A stretch of DNA of 64,000 nt. Origin: a virus. This document shows positions 33,212 through 43,495 of the stretch, in pieces. Positions within the stretch are counted from its first letter, which is position 1. Each line of letters opens with the position of its first letter. The position numbers and the translations under genes are program-made. Under the pieces are notes generated by a model. It was not told the DNA's origin. It did not search any database and worked only from the letters and a program-made list of their open reading frames with translations. The stretch spans positions 1 through 64,000 of IMG/VR virus record IMGVR_UViG_3300036832_000548; one strand, written 5' to 3'.

Positions 33212-34399
33212 ATGCGCTGGTGGCTCAACACGGACGATCCGCAGATATTCGCGGTCGACAATGCGTCAGTCAGCGGGATGGATTTCTCGACGCTGCCGAT
33301 CAATTCGTGGATGGTGCAGTGGACGGATGGCAAGGGCGAGATCGAGAACCAGATTGACCCCAACACGAACGACAATGGCCTACGCGCAAGCTTTATCGAT
33401 GTCACGCCTTATGCATCATTCTTTCAGCAGTTCCTTACGCTGTTGCCAGGTCTGACACTGGCGCAAGCGCAGAAGGTTCAAACCGATCTGATCAAACAAA
33501 TCTTCGAAAGCAAGCGGCAGGACCCATTTCACTATCCTGTCGCATCTGGGGACTACTCGTGGGACGCATCGGACGAGGCGCTGTTTTCGTCTCATGGAGC
33601 GCAACTACAAAACAATCTTACAGAGATCGGCGCATCCGTTGTCTCCTACACGGCTTCCGCTACCATCACGATTCCAGCGGAGCAGGCGTGGGTTCGCATG
33701 TGGGGCGGATCGGGCGCGTCGGGTGCTGGATCATCTGTGTCTTATTTGATCGGATCGCCGGGTGTTGGCGCACCGGGTTATCTTGAAAAATTTCTGACCG
33801 GACTCACGCCAGGCCACACGCTCACCTACACGCGCGGCAATGGTGGCGCAGCGACGACAGGAGTGGGCGGCAACGGCACGCCATCGATCTTGGCGAGTGG
33901 CACGCAGACGATTCCTACGCTCACGGCGAATGGAAGCAACGGGACAAGCCTTAACAGCGCTGGCATGTATCCCACACAAGGCAGTGCAGGCGGGACGGCG
34001 ACTGGTGGTGACATCAACCGTAAGGGTCAGATGGGAGGGCCGTCAGTTACTCAACAAGCAGATAGTACTGGCGTGTTGGCGCTGTTGTTTGGAACGGCTG
34101 GTCAGACCGGACTGGCGAGCGGCGTTGATGGTTCCTATACTAGCCCCGGCAATCCGGGCAATCCGGGCGGCATGATCGTGTCCTGGGGCAACGTCGTCGT
34201 CACGACCGGCATGCAATGGATACCGATTGGTGCCAGCGCGCCGGTGGCCGTGACATCGACAGAGCAAACCGCAATTCTCAATGGCATCGCCGTGCGCACC
34301 AACACTCTTGCTGGCACGAAAAATACGAAAGTCGCGCAGGTCGAAGCGCTGACAGTGATCGCAGACGTAATCAATTACGACGTAACTGCGGGGTGGTGA
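33212..34399 (+). CDS. Putative tail/baseplate protein with inserted glycine-rich domain
   Basis: MVQWTDGKGEIE N-terminus; VRMWGGSG..GYLEK..GGDIN..GQ.GG Gly-rich module; ends YDVTAGW. Confidence 0.6.
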   Translation: MRWWLNTDDPQIFAVDNASVSGMDFSTLPINSWMVQWTDGKGEIENQIDPNTNDNGLRASFIDVTPYASFFQQFLTLLPGLTLAQAQKVQTDLIKQIFESKRQDPFHYPVASGDYSWDASDEALFSSHGAQLQNNLTEIGASVVSYTASATITIPAEQAWVRMWGGSGASGAGSSVSYLIGSPGVGAPGYLEKFLTGLTPGHTLTYTRGNGGAATTGVGGNGTPSILASGTQTIPTLTANGSNGTSLNSAGMYPTQGSAGGTATGGDINRKGQMGGPSVTQQADSTGVLALLFGTAGQTGLASGVDGSYTSPGNPGNPGGMIVSWGNVVVTTGMQWIPIGASAPVAVTSTEQTAILNGIAVRTNTLAGTKNTKVAQVEALTVIADVINYDVTAGW

Positions 34400-34400
34400 A

Positions 34401-34583
34401 ATGGGCCAAGCATACCGACCCTCATGCGCCCAGTGTGGCTATGAGGCTCACGGCTTGCCGGATCGCAAGCAGGATCTGGTCCAGAAGCATGTCATGGGCG
34501 TGCTGGTCTGGCTCCATTTGCAGTGCGAGCAAATCTATCGACAGAACGCGGCGCCGCCGCCAGCACCGGCACCACAACAATGA
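34401..34583 (+). CDS. Small Cys/His protein
   Basis: CAQC..HLQC; ATGA-coupled to gp46-like gene. Confidence 0.55.
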   Translation: MGQAYRPSCAQCGYEAHGLPDRKQDLVQKHVMGVLVWLHLQCEQIYRQNAAPPPAPAPQQ

Positions 34584-35128
34584 CCGATATCTATCTGCAG
34601 GATCGGGTCAGTCTAGCCGGCACGTTCATGGATTGGCTGCAGAACGCTGATGGCTTGTCTGAGGAACAGGAGCTGGCCACGGCGGTGCGCGTGGCGATCG
34701 GTACGGACACCTTGGCCGCGATTGACGATCCGTTGCCTGATCTCGACAGCGAAGATCGCCGCGGCTGGTGGGGGGACTTGGACGCTGAGGAAATCTGGCA
34801 AGGCTGGCCAATAGGCTGCAAGAACTGGCTGCTGTTCCGCGCCAAGATTGCTGACCCTTATTCATGGGAAGGCGCAACCTTGGTGCGTGCCAAGGCTTAC
34901 ACCCGCCAAGCCCTGCAGCCGTTCATCGATCTGCACATCTGCAGTCGCATCGATGTCGACGCAACGCGCAGCGGTCGCGACCAGATCTCGGTGAGCGTCA
35001 GCATGTATCGCGGACCCAAGCGACTTATCGAGCTGCGCTTCCAAAGTCTGTGGGACGAAATCGGGCGCGATTATGTTCCGGTCGGATCGAAGGATCGATA
35101 CGTCACCGGCCAACCCCTTAATCCTTAA
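34580..35128 (+). CDS. Baseplate protein Mu gp46-like
   Basis: DRRGWWGD, IGCKNWLLFRAK, AKAYTRQALQP. Confidence 0.9.
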   Translation: MTDIYLQDRVSLAGTFMDWLQNADGLSEEQELATAVRVAIGTDTLAAIDDPLPDLDSEDRRGWWGDLDAEEIWQGWPIGCKNWLLFRAKIADPYSWEGATLVRAKAYTRQALQPFIDLHICSRIDVDATRSGRDQISVSVSMYRGPKRLIELRFQSLWDEIGRDYVPVGSKDRYVTGQPLNP

Positions 35129-35143
35129 TTTCGGATCTATCTC

Positions 35144-36232
35144 ATGCCGTGGACCACACCGTCACTCAAGACGGTCAGGCAGCTTACGCGCGATGCAATC
35201 ACGGCCAACCTTTACGGTGCCGTCTTCGTCGGCAACAACGTGCTGCGCGTCATGGCAGACACGATGGCGGGGCTGGCGCATCATGTCCTGCGCTATATCG
35301 ATTGGCTCGCGCTGCAGCTCCTGCCCGACACCGCTGAAACAGAATGGTTGGATCGGCATGGTTCCATCTGGCTGGTGAATTCAGATGGCACCATCGGACG
35401 AAAGCTGGCAACGCTGGCATTCGGTTCCATCTCGGTCACTGGCACACCCGGCGTTGTTATTCCGCTGGGCGCGACTTTGGTCAGCCAGCCAGCGACAGGC
35501 GCTGTCACAAATTACGAGACCATGGAACAGAGCGTTGTCGGCCAGACTTCGACATCGCTCAGCGTGCGGGCACTCGATGCTGGCAGTAACGGCAACCAGG
35601 CCGCAGGCCAGTTCTTGCTATTCAATCCAGCATTGAACGGCGTAGATCCTCCCGCCTCTGTGATTACGATCACGGGCGGCGCTGACGATGAGACGGACGA
35701 CGAGCTGCGGATGCGCGTTCTCAAGCGCATACAGCAGCCTCCGATGGGGGGAGATGCCACGGATTATGAAGCGTGGGCCTTGGCTGTGCCTGGAGTTACG
35801 CGAGCATGGGCATTTCCGCTAGAGCAAGGCATGGGCACGGTAACCATCCGCTTCATGATGGACGATCTTCGTGCCGACAATAACGGCTTCCCCTTGGCGG
35901 AAGACGTGACGGCGGTCGAAACCTACGTTGACTCGCAGCGCCCAGTGGCGGTCAAGGACATCTTCGTTGTCGCTCCAATTCCGTTTCCAATCGATCTGCG
36001 CATCAATCAATTGGTCGTTGATAGTGGCGCTACACGCGAAGCAATCGAGCAATCGCTGGTCGAGATGCTTTTTGAAAAAGCCGTTCCTGGCGGCACGATA
36101 TATGCCTCATGGGTCGAGGTGGCCATCGCTGACGCGCTAGGCGTCGATCATTTCGAACTGGTGTTTGCCACACAGGCGATGCCTAGTCCTGGACACTTGG
36201 CAATTCTGGGATCGATCATTTACGCGGGATAA
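35144..36232 (+). CDS. Baseplate J/Mu gp47-like wedge protein
   Basis: LPDTAETEWLDRHG, GGADDETDDELR.R, GG...DYEAWALAVPGVTRAW. Confidence 0.93.
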   Translation: MPWTTPSLKTVRQLTRDAITANLYGAVFVGNNVLRVMADTMAGLAHHVLRYIDWLALQLLPDTAETEWLDRHGSIWLVNSDGTIGRKLATLAFGSISVTGTPGVVIPLGATLVSQPATGAVTNYETMEQSVVGQTSTSLSVRALDAGSNGNQAAGQFLLFNPALNGVDPPASVITITGGADDETDDELRMRVLKRIQQPPMGGDATDYEAWALAVPGVTRAWAFPLEQGMGTVTIRFMMDDLRADNNGFPLAEDVTAVETYVDSQRPVAVKDIFVVAPIPFPIDLRINQLVVDSGATREAIEQSLVEMLFEKAVPGGTIYASWVEVAIADALGVDHFELVFATQAMPSPGHLAILGSIIYAG

Positions 36233-36241
36233 GGGTTTGCG

Positions 36242-36958
36242 ATGCCGGATAGGCACATAAGGCGCGACGGTGATGCCTATGCGGTGCAATGTGCTGCGCT
36301 GTTGCCGCAAGGAGTAGCGTGGCCGCGAGAGCCTGATTCCGTCTTAATGAAAACGGTGCGTGGCCTCTCACAGATCTGGGGTTACGTCGATGGTCGCGCC
36401 GCTGACTTACTGGAAAGGGAAAGCGATCCGCGTCTGACAATCGAGCTGCTCCCGGATTGGGAGCGCAACTGGGGACTTCCTGATCCCTGCTTCAAAAGTG
36501 CGCTGACCATCGAGCAGCGGCATACGTTGCTGCTGTTCAAGATGACGCTGTTGGGTGCGCAAAGCCGACAGTGGTTCATCGATATCTCAAAGTGGCTCGG
36601 CTATAGCATCACGATCACGGAATTCGCGCCATTTACTTGCGGGATCTCGCAATTAGGTGACACGCGCGGCATGGAGTTGTGGGACGACACGCCAGGTCAG
36701 CATCCTGAATTGATGGATGATTTTCGTTGGGAAATCGGCCCACCTGAAACTCGATTTTACTGGCAGGTCCACGTTCACCTTGCGCCATTGATGTGGTTTC
36801 GATGTGGATCTGGCCGCGCCGGCGAGGACCCGCATCTGACGATCGGATATGCACAGGATCTTGAGTGTCTATTGAGGCGCTGGAAACCTGCTCAGACTGA
36901 CATCGTTTTTGATTACAGCAACCTATCTCCGCCGAACAAGTACGCAGGATTGCCATGA
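36242..36958 (+). CDS. Baseplate protein Mu gp48/DUF2313-like
   Basis: LLPQGVAW, ELLPDWER.WGLPD.C, LECLLRRWKPAQT. Confidence 0.9.
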   Translation: MPDRHIRRDGDAYAVQCAALLPQGVAWPREPDSVLMKTVRGLSQIWGYVDGRAADLLERESDPRLTIELLPDWERNWGLPDPCFKSALTIEQRHTLLLFKMTLLGAQSRQWFIDISKWLGYSITITEFAPFTCGISQLGDTRGMELWDDTPGQHPELMDDFRWEIGPPETRFYWQVHVHLAPLMWFRCGSGRAGEDPHLTIGYAQDLECLLRRWKPAQTDIVFDYSNLSPPNKYAGLP

Positions 36959-38742
36959 AATACGAGCCGCCGCTCACCAGCTCTGATCCGAATGCGCCGT
37001 ATATCAACGCGCAGGAGGGAAAGGGCATACATGGCTCGGTTCCAACGGCGGCGACCGTCGAAAATCCGCTGCGAGAGATTACGAGTCTGATCACGAACTC
37101 GGAACAGACGCCTGACGATGGTGACTTGATGCAGGTCACTCGCGGTGTCCGCGACGGACGATTGAACTTTCGCGTGGATCAAGGAACACCCGATGCACTT
37201 GTTGTCGCGCAACTGTCGCCGCCTATTACAGATTATGAGGCTGGCCTTGAAGTTCGTGTATTGGTGGCCCACAGCGCAAGCGGAACTGTGCCGGTTACAA
37301 TTCAGATTGGCAATCTTGCGACGGCGGGTGTCGTAAAATTAGACGGCACTGATTTGAAGGCCAACGATTTGTTGGCCGGACAGATTGCAGATTTGGTTTA
37401 TGATGGTGTTAATTTTCAGGTCCAGAACCTTGGCATTGCCGATCAAGCTGGTTCTGGCAACATTGATCGATATGAAATTACGATCCCCTACGTGCATGAC
37501 ACTGGTACTATCAATCATTTGATTGGTTTGTACGTTCCAAGTTTGCCCAATATAAATGAAGGGAGAACCGTTGAAATCAAACTGGCAAACAATACGACTG
37601 GGCCAGTTGATTTCAAGCCCAACAATTTCCCAGTCTATCCAGTGCGTCATCCTGACGGTACTGACCTGTCCGCAGGCGACGGCGTCATCAACCAGATTTT
37701 GCTTCTCGTTTGGGACGGCGGGCAGTGGCAGTTAATCAGCAGCCGCGCGGACCCGACTGCACTTATTGTAAGAACGCCAAAGCGATCGCTGCAGTTTCAG
37801 GACCCTAGCGCTGGATGGTGGGGAACCTACACGTCCTTCCCATTTATGATGCGCACGCCCAAGGCCGCTGGCAACAGCAGCCTATGGACGTTTAGTACGT
37901 TCATTCGTTGGCCGGTTTTGATCCCACGGCCTAATGTGGTTCCAGGCCATCAAACCGATCTTAGAGAGTTCGTCATATCCGCTGCCGACGCTACCGGACC
38001 TGCTACTGGTGGAGCTGGCGATGTGACCTGCCTGGAGTTTGAAGGCGCCGACATCGACACCTGTCTATCGACCTTTTGGGACAATACTAACGTCCCAAAA
38101 AGCGGTTACGGCGACTCCACTACGCCTGCAACGCATAACGGTGTTTTTGCGTGGGGCTTATTCAAAGACACAAACTGGCATCATCTAATGTGGCGGGGAG
38201 ACTCGATCAGCGCTCATCAAACTGAAGTGTGGATCGATGGCATTCTGGTAAATGCTGGTTCTGTGACTACTCCAAGCACGATGAATGCAGCACGGTTGCA
38301 CGCTCTCGGCACCGAAACTGGCCCGGATAATCCCGCTAACACGACTCCCACTCCTGTTGCGTTCCAACCATCAGTCTATGGCTGTCGTGCTCGCATGGCC
38401 GAGGTTGTCATGGTTGATGGGCAGTGGCTCGATTGGAGCGTCTTCGCCTATAACATCGGCGGCATAATGGTCCCGAAAGTGCTTAACATACCGGCGATGA
38501 ATTTCGGAGTGAACGGCTATTATTTGAACTGGTCGAATGCCACTGCCATGACAGAAACAACTTTAGGCTCCGACTACAGCGGCAAAGGCAATAATTGGAC
38601 GCCGGTCAACTTCACGGCTGCGCATCTGCATTTGGACTATCCCGGTAATCCTGACTCTACCGAGACCTTCGGAACCTTTACCAATGGCGGCACATGGCCA
38701 ACCGGCCTACCGCCAGGATGGCGCACGATTTCAGGACCGTGA
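36955..38742 (+). CDS. Tail fibre/receptor-binding protein 1 (LamG/ConA-like C-terminus)
   Basis: Baseplate-anchor-like N-terminus (E.P.REI..LI); WTFSTF, DTNWHHL, VWIDG, FGVNGYYLN, DYSGKGNNWT. Confidence 0.8.
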   Translation: MKYEPPLTSSDPNAPYINAQEGKGIHGSVPTAATVENPLREITSLITNSEQTPDDGDLMQVTRGVRDGRLNFRVDQGTPDALVVAQLSPPITDYEAGLEVRVLVAHSASGTVPVTIQIGNLATAGVVKLDGTDLKANDLLAGQIADLVYDGVNFQVQNLGIADQAGSGNIDRYEITIPYVHDTGTINHLIGLYVPSLPNINEGRTVEIKLANNTTGPVDFKPNNFPVYPVRHPDGTDLSAGDGVINQILLLVWDGGQWQLISSRADPTALIVRTPKRSLQFQDPSAGWWGTYTSFPFMMRTPKAAGNSSLWTFSTFIRWPVLIPRPNVVPGHQTDLREFVISAADATGPATGGAGDVTCLEFEGADIDTCLSTFWDNTNVPKSGYGDSTTPATHNGVFAWGLFKDTNWHHLMWRGDSISAHQTEVWIDGILVNAGSVTTPSTMNAARLHALGTETGPDNPANTTPTPVAFQPSVYGCRARMAEVVMVDGQWLDWSVFAYNIGGIMVPKVLNIPAMNFGVNGYYLNWSNATAMTETTLGSDYSGKGNNWTPVNFTAAHLHLDYPGNPDSTETFGTFTNGGTWPTGLPPGWRTISGP

Positions 38743-38745
38743 CCC

Positions 38746-39240
38746 ATGTCAATTCTCACACACGACAGACCGGACCCGAGGTACTACACGAATATCGTGC
38801 AGTACGACAATGGGGACTGGGCAGCTGATCCACTTCCAGTTGACGATACGATCATATATCCGACCAGGGGCGGATACACCGGAGCAGGCATTCCATTTCC
38901 AGGCTTGCGCACGACCACTGCAGGCAGCGTGAAAACTATGGCGCAACAGCTGATCTACAAATACGCGCCCAACGACTTACAACGAAATGCTCTCTACATC
39001 TTGGTAACTCAAACATCCGGTACTGCTTGGACGAACGCCAAGGCGATGATGGACTGGATAGCTGCGGTCAATGCTTTCAGAGATACAACAATTGCGAACA
39101 TCAAAACATTAAACTTCAACCAGATTGTTATGTATATCCCGCCTCTTGGAATGCCGCCCTGGCCTGTGCCACCGGCTGGCTTGACGCCAGTATCGGGAGC
39201 ACGGGTGGGCAGTGCTACTTATGCGCTTCGCTATTCTTAA
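38746..39240 (+). CDS. Fibre-associated protein 1 (chaperone-like)
   Basis: Follows fibre 1; paralogue of 41165..41611. Confidence 0.65.
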   Translation: MSILTHDRPDPRYYTNIVQYDNGDWAADPLPVDDTIIYPTRGGYTGAGIPFPGLRTTTAGSVKTMAQQLIYKYAPNDLQRNALYILVTQTSGTAWTNAKAMMDWIAAVNAFRDTTIANIKTLNFNQIVMYIPPLGMPPWPVPPAGLTPVSGARVGSATYALRYS

Positions 39241-39252
39241 AGGAGAGATGAC

Positions 39253-40998
39253 GTGCAATATCAGCCTCCATATGGTCCACCTGGCCTAATTGATCCGAAC
39301 GCCTCTTACATAAATGGCGATCCTACAATCGGGCGTCAGGGCTCCGTGCCGCCCGCTTCAGCGTTCGAATATCCACAGCGCGAGATCGTCAACCTGATCA
39401 GCAATTCGAAACAGGTCCCGACTGATCAGGATCTGATGCAGATGACGCGCGCCGTGCGCGACGGCAAGCTGATATATAGTCTCGATAGTGGTCCGCTGGA
39501 TACTGTGGAGATTCCCAATTTCAACCCGCCGATCATTTCCTACACTCAAGGGCTGACATTACATGTTCTTATCGCCCATACGGTCACCGGGCCTACGACT
39601 ATAGCCATCGGTAATCTAAATCCCACGGCCATCAAGCGCAGAGACGGGGCCGAACTTAATGCTAACGATATGGTGGCCGGCCAGATTGCCACTTTGGTTT
39701 CGGACGGTAGTTTCTTTCAACTCCAAAATATGGGCGCGGATGGTGGCGTTGGTGGCGCAACGACGCTGCACAACGTCGATCTGCCTTATGTCCACGACAC
39801 GGGCGCGCTCGATCCGAATTGGCAAGATCCAAAACAAACCACAAAGAATCATGTGATCGGACTATACAGTCCGGTGTTGCCTGACATCAAGGAAGGCCGC
39901 ACGGTTGAGGTTAAGCTCGATCAAGTAATCCAAGGGCCAACTGATTTTGCGCCGAACTCATTTCCGATTCATCCTGTGGCACATCCTGACGGCTCTCCAA
40001 TCGTAGCGGGCGATGGCGTTCCTAATCAGATTTGGCTTTTGGTGTTTGATTCAGCCCAATGGCAGTTGCTCGATGTTTTCAATTCAGGCGCTCAACCCGG
40101 ACCTGAGCCAGCACCGAAAGCGTATGACGGCAGATCGCTTCAATTGATGCCTCCCGGTAGTCCTAGCTACGGCGCTTGTAACACTCCCCAGTGTTTGGAT
40201 CGCATGCCTTCGTTGAATACGAATCGGCAAGTGTTCACGATCAGTGCCTTCGTAAAGACTCCTGTAGCAACAAATCAAATCTATGGGGGCGCTCAGTCGG
40301 GCGGCGGTCAATCTTGGGCGTTCACAGCCGGTGACGTTGGAGGGGCGTGGTGGGGTTGTAGTATGAATTTCTTTGGCGTGAACCTTGAAGGCGACACAAC
40401 CAACAACAACATATGGACTGTCTGGTGGAATAACTCTGGCGGTCAAGTCTCAGGCGTAGGATCGTATGAATCTTACACAGGTGTGACGAATGGGTACTAC
40501 ACGTCAGGCATAATGACTGACAATAAATGGCATCACTTTCTCTGCACCTCTGATGGAGCATTTATCTATGTCTATATGGACGGCATTCTGAAAAACAAGG
40601 GTGCTGTTTCGGGCAACAGTCCTTGGAATAGCACGCTGAAACAGAACATTGGAACAGATTGGTCTTGTACTGGCATGCCAACCTTAGGTGGCGCTGCCGG
40701 TAATTTCGGGTACAGCACATTGCGTTATGCAGAAGTGATCAACATAGATGGCCAATCGATAGGAGATTATACAAAGTTTGCTCAGGCAGTTAATGGCATT
40801 CTCGTTCCGCTCGATCCGAGCGAGATCATGAAGATGAACTTTGGTCCCAACGGATTTTACTTGAACTGGCAGAACGCAACCGACGCCACGCCGACTGGCT
40901 TAGGCAAGGACGCCAGCCCGAACAACAATAATTGGACGCCAAGAAATATGGATTTGACGCATCTTCAAACCGACTTCCCCGGCAAGCAGCAATCATAA
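39253..40998 (+). CDS. Tail fibre/receptor-binding protein 2 (LamG/ConA-like C-terminus)
   Basis: Paralogue of 36955..38742; DNKWHHF, VYMDG, FGPNGFYLN, DASPNNNNWT. Confidence 0.8.
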   Translation: MQYQPPYGPPGLIDPNASYINGDPTIGRQGSVPPASAFEYPQREIVNLISNSKQVPTDQDLMQMTRAVRDGKLIYSLDSGPLDTVEIPNFNPPIISYTQGLTLHVLIAHTVTGPTTIAIGNLNPTAIKRRDGAELNANDMVAGQIATLVSDGSFFQLQNMGADGGVGGATTLHNVDLPYVHDTGALDPNWQDPKQTTKNHVIGLYSPVLPDIKEGRTVEVKLDQVIQGPTDFAPNSFPIHPVAHPDGSPIVAGDGVPNQIWLLVFDSAQWQLLDVFNSGAQPGPEPAPKAYDGRSLQLMPPGSPSYGACNTPQCLDRMPSLNTNRQVFTISAFVKTPVATNQIYGGAQSGGGQSWAFTAGDVGGAWWGCSMNFFGVNLEGDTTNNNIWTVWWNNSGGQVSGVGSYESYTGVTNGYYTSGIMTDNKWHHFLCTSDGAFIYVYMDGILKNKGAVSGNSPWNSTLKQNIGTDWSCTGMPTLGGAAGNFGYSTLRYAEVINIDGQSIGDYTKFAQAVNGILVPLDPSEIMKMNFGPNGFYLNWQNATDATPTGLGKDASPNNNNWTPRNMDLTHLQTDFPGKQQS

Positions 40999-41193
40999 AT
41001 GTGTACGTTTTGCGAGGAAACGAGACGCAGGGCGATAAGGTTGACCGCCATCGTCGAAGCTTGGACCAGAAGCCGACTGGGTGTCAATTCGCAGATTGTG
41101 ACTGAAATTGATCGCTATTACCGTGAACAGTACAGACTGGCGGACTCAAACGCGGAAGGTCAAAATGGCGATAATCACGACAACCAAGCCTGA
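40999..41193 (+). CDS. Small hypothetical protein
   Basis: MCTFC start immediately after TAA. Confidence 0.4.
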   Translation: MCTFCEETRRRAIRLTAIVEAWTRSRLGVNSQIVTEIDRYYREQYRLADSNAEGQNGDNHDNQA

Positions 41194-41611
41194 TCCGAGG
41201 TATTATCAAAATATCACGCAACTGCCCGACCTCACTTGGTCCTCTGATCAGAAGCTTCTTCCTGACCAACAACGTATTGCGCCCGGATATACGAGTGCCA
41301 ACCCTCAGAACATCGCAACCATTCCTGGGCTAACGTCAGAAACAGCATCGAATGTCACTGAATACGCTGCATCACTGGTCAACAAATACGCGCCTGCGGA
41401 TGTGCAAAGAAACGCTCTCTATACATTGTCCCACACACCCACTGATGCGAACTCCAAGGCGACGATGGATTGGGTTGCTTCAGTCAACTCCTATCGGGAC
41501 ACGCAAATCGCCAACGTCAAGACATTAGATTTCAATGGATGTGTAGCGTACATCGTGCCTACTGGAATGCCACCGTGGCCAACACCCCCGTCCTTCCTGA
41601 CACCCTCATAA
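41165..41611 (+). CDS. Fibre-associated protein 2 (chaperone-like)
   Basis: KPDPRYY, KYAPADVQRNALY, GMPPWP shared with 38746..39240. Confidence 0.65.
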   Translation: MAIITTTKPDPRYYQNITQLPDLTWSSDQKLLPDQQRIAPGYTSANPQNIATIPGLTSETASNVTEYAASLVNKYAPADVQRNALYTLSHTPTDANSKATMDWVASVNSYRDTQIANVKTLDFNGCVAYIVPTGMPPWPTPPSFLTPS

Positions 41612-41624
41612 AAAGACCGTCATC

Positions 41625-42098
41625 ATGGCCTCGCAGCTTCTTTATTTGCCCGTCTGCGTGCTCGTTGCTGAAGCGGCAAACAATGCTGATTGGCTCGATG
41701 GCCTTGAATATTGGGATGCACCGCCGCCAGCCGGCAATCCGATAATGCTGGACGGCATCTCGTTCACGCTCGAGATGCGATCTGCGCCGCCAGCCGCAAC
41801 CGTTGTGCTGCAGGCAAGCACAGTCAATGGGTTTCTCAAGGTCTATGACAACACTTGGCAATTGTCTGTTCCGGCTGCGACTATGCAGCTCGTCCCGCCA
41901 GGAGATTACGTTTTCGATCTGCTCGGGATGGCTGACGGATACACGCGCAATCTCGTGCAAGCGACGGTCACCATCGATCTGGGAATCACACGAAGCATTA
42001 TTCCAACAGCGACGATATTGCCGAGTGCCCAACCGATTCCATTTCCGGCATCAACAATCACTCGCGTCGTCGGAATCAATCCAGAGGCAGTGATATGA
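41625..42098 (+). CDS. Putative BppU-N-like adaptor protein
   Basis: NNADW..PIMLDGISFTLEMR..PGDYVFDL..V.IDLGITR. Confidence 0.55.
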   Translation: MASQLLYLPVCVLVAEAANNADWLDGLEYWDAPPPAGNPIMLDGISFTLEMRSAPPAATVVLQASTVNGFLKVYDNTWQLSVPAATMQLVPPGDYVFDLLGMADGYTRNLVQATVTIDLGITRSIIPTATILPSAQPIPFPASTITRVVGINPEAVI

Positions 42099-43495
42099 CG
42101 ATCCAATCAGTCACAGTCGTAAACGGCAGCGCCGGCAACATCGGCCCTCCTGGCCCTCCTGGTCCGAGTTATAACGGAAGCAGCACTTCACCCTTCGTCA
42201 TTGGCGTTGGTCCAAAAACTTTCATCACGCAACCCAATCTCGCATACCTGCCGGGGAGCAGAGTGCGTTTCTCATCGGCGGCGTTGCCAATCGATGATTG
42301 GATGGAAGGTGTCGTCAATTCTTATTCTGCTGGCGTCATGCTGGTCACGATTGATCTAATTAGTCAGACACGGGACTCGAACAGTCATAGTGACTGGAAT
42401 TTGACCGCTGCAGGACATCCCGGCGCACAAGGCAATCCCGGCGCGCAAGGTGTGGCTGGTCGTCCGGGTAATGTCATCTGGCAAGGAGTAGCCGCGCCGA
42501 CAGGGAGTGCTCCGGCATCGCCCGTCGATGGTGACTATTATCTTCAAAACAATCCGGCTGTGCCGGGATCAGCGGCATATCTGTGGGGGCCATATAATCA
42601 TGCCGCCACGCCGTCGTGGGGCGCGTCTGGTTTGTTGCTTGCGGTTGGACCGCCCGGACCCATGGGACCTACAGGGGCGACTGGGGCGACCGGGGCGACT
42701 GGGCCTCAGGGATCTATCGGACCAGCGGGGCCTCAAGGTGTGCCGGGGCCATCCGGGAACCAAGGACTTCAAGGAAATCCTGGAGCAGGATATGGTGGCT
42801 TCTCCACAACATCAGCAACAGTCGGAATAGGAACATTCACGTTCATTTTGACTACGGCTGGATATGCTTATGTTGTTGGATCACGCATCCGCGCGACTTC
42901 GCAATCAAGCAATGAATGGATGGAAGGCGTTGTCACCAACTACACCGGTACGACCCTGGCGTTTACTGCCGATCTTGTTTCTGGTTCCGGGACACACGCT
43001 GACTGGAATATCAGTATCGCTGGCCAACAGGGTCAGCAAGGCATCCCAGGACCTGCGGGAGCTGGCAGTGGCGACATGCTCCGCAGCAATAATCTCTCAG
43101 ATGTTTTGAGCGTTTCGACTGCGCGCAACAATCTCGGCCTCGCTGCCGTCGCTAACAGCGGTTCGTATGCGGATCTATCCGGCAAGCCACTGCCGCCAAC
43201 GCAGCGCAGCGTCACGGCCTCACCAATCTCGCTCGTGGCAAATGATGAGATTATCAACTGCAACATCACGAGCGGTACGGCTTCATGCAACTTGCCATCT
43301 GCCGCCACGCGCGCGGGCAGAGCACTCGTCTTCAAGGACGTTGGCGGGCAATTCTCCAACCATCCGCTGACGCTTACTTGCGCTGGCTCAGAAAGAATGG
43401 ACGGGCTCGGCGGCATTACGCTCAACACCAACTATCAGTTCCTGCGGCTCGTACCCGCCAATGATGGGGTGAACACAGGATGGTCACTGCAATAA
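42095..43495 (+). CDS. Collagen-containing fibre protein with duplicated beta modules
   Basis: GXY runs; module AYxxGSRxR..WMEGVVxxY..HxDWN present twice; NNLSDV..ARNNLGL. Confidence 0.75.
   Translation: MTIQSVTVVNGSAGNIGPPGPPGPSYNGSSTSPFVIGVGPKTFITQPNLAYLPGSRVRFSSAALPIDDWMEGVVNSYSAGVMLVTIDLISQTRDSNSHSDWNLTAAGHPGAQGNPGAQGVAGRPGNVIWQGVAAPTGSAPASPVDGDYYLQNNPAVPGSAAYLWGPYNHAATPSWGASGLLLAVGPPGPMGPTGATGATGATGPQGSIGPAGPQGVPGPSGNQGLQGNPGAGYGGFSTTSATVGIGTFTFILTTAGYAYVVGSRIRATSQSSNEWMEGVVTNYTGTTLAFTADLVSGSGTHADWNISIAGQQGQQGIPGPAGAGSGDMLRSNNLSDVLSVSTARNNLGLAAVANSGSYADLSGKPLPPTQRSVTASPISLVANDEIINCNITSGTASCNLPSAATRAGRALVFKDVGGQFSNHPLTLTCAGSERMDGLGGITLNTNYQFLRLVPANDGVNTGWSLQ

Noticed and set aside
36955-41611. 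Diversity-generating retroelement or invertible fibre switch
   Set aside because: No reverse transcriptase, adenine-specific TR/VR pair, invertase or inverted fibre copy seen
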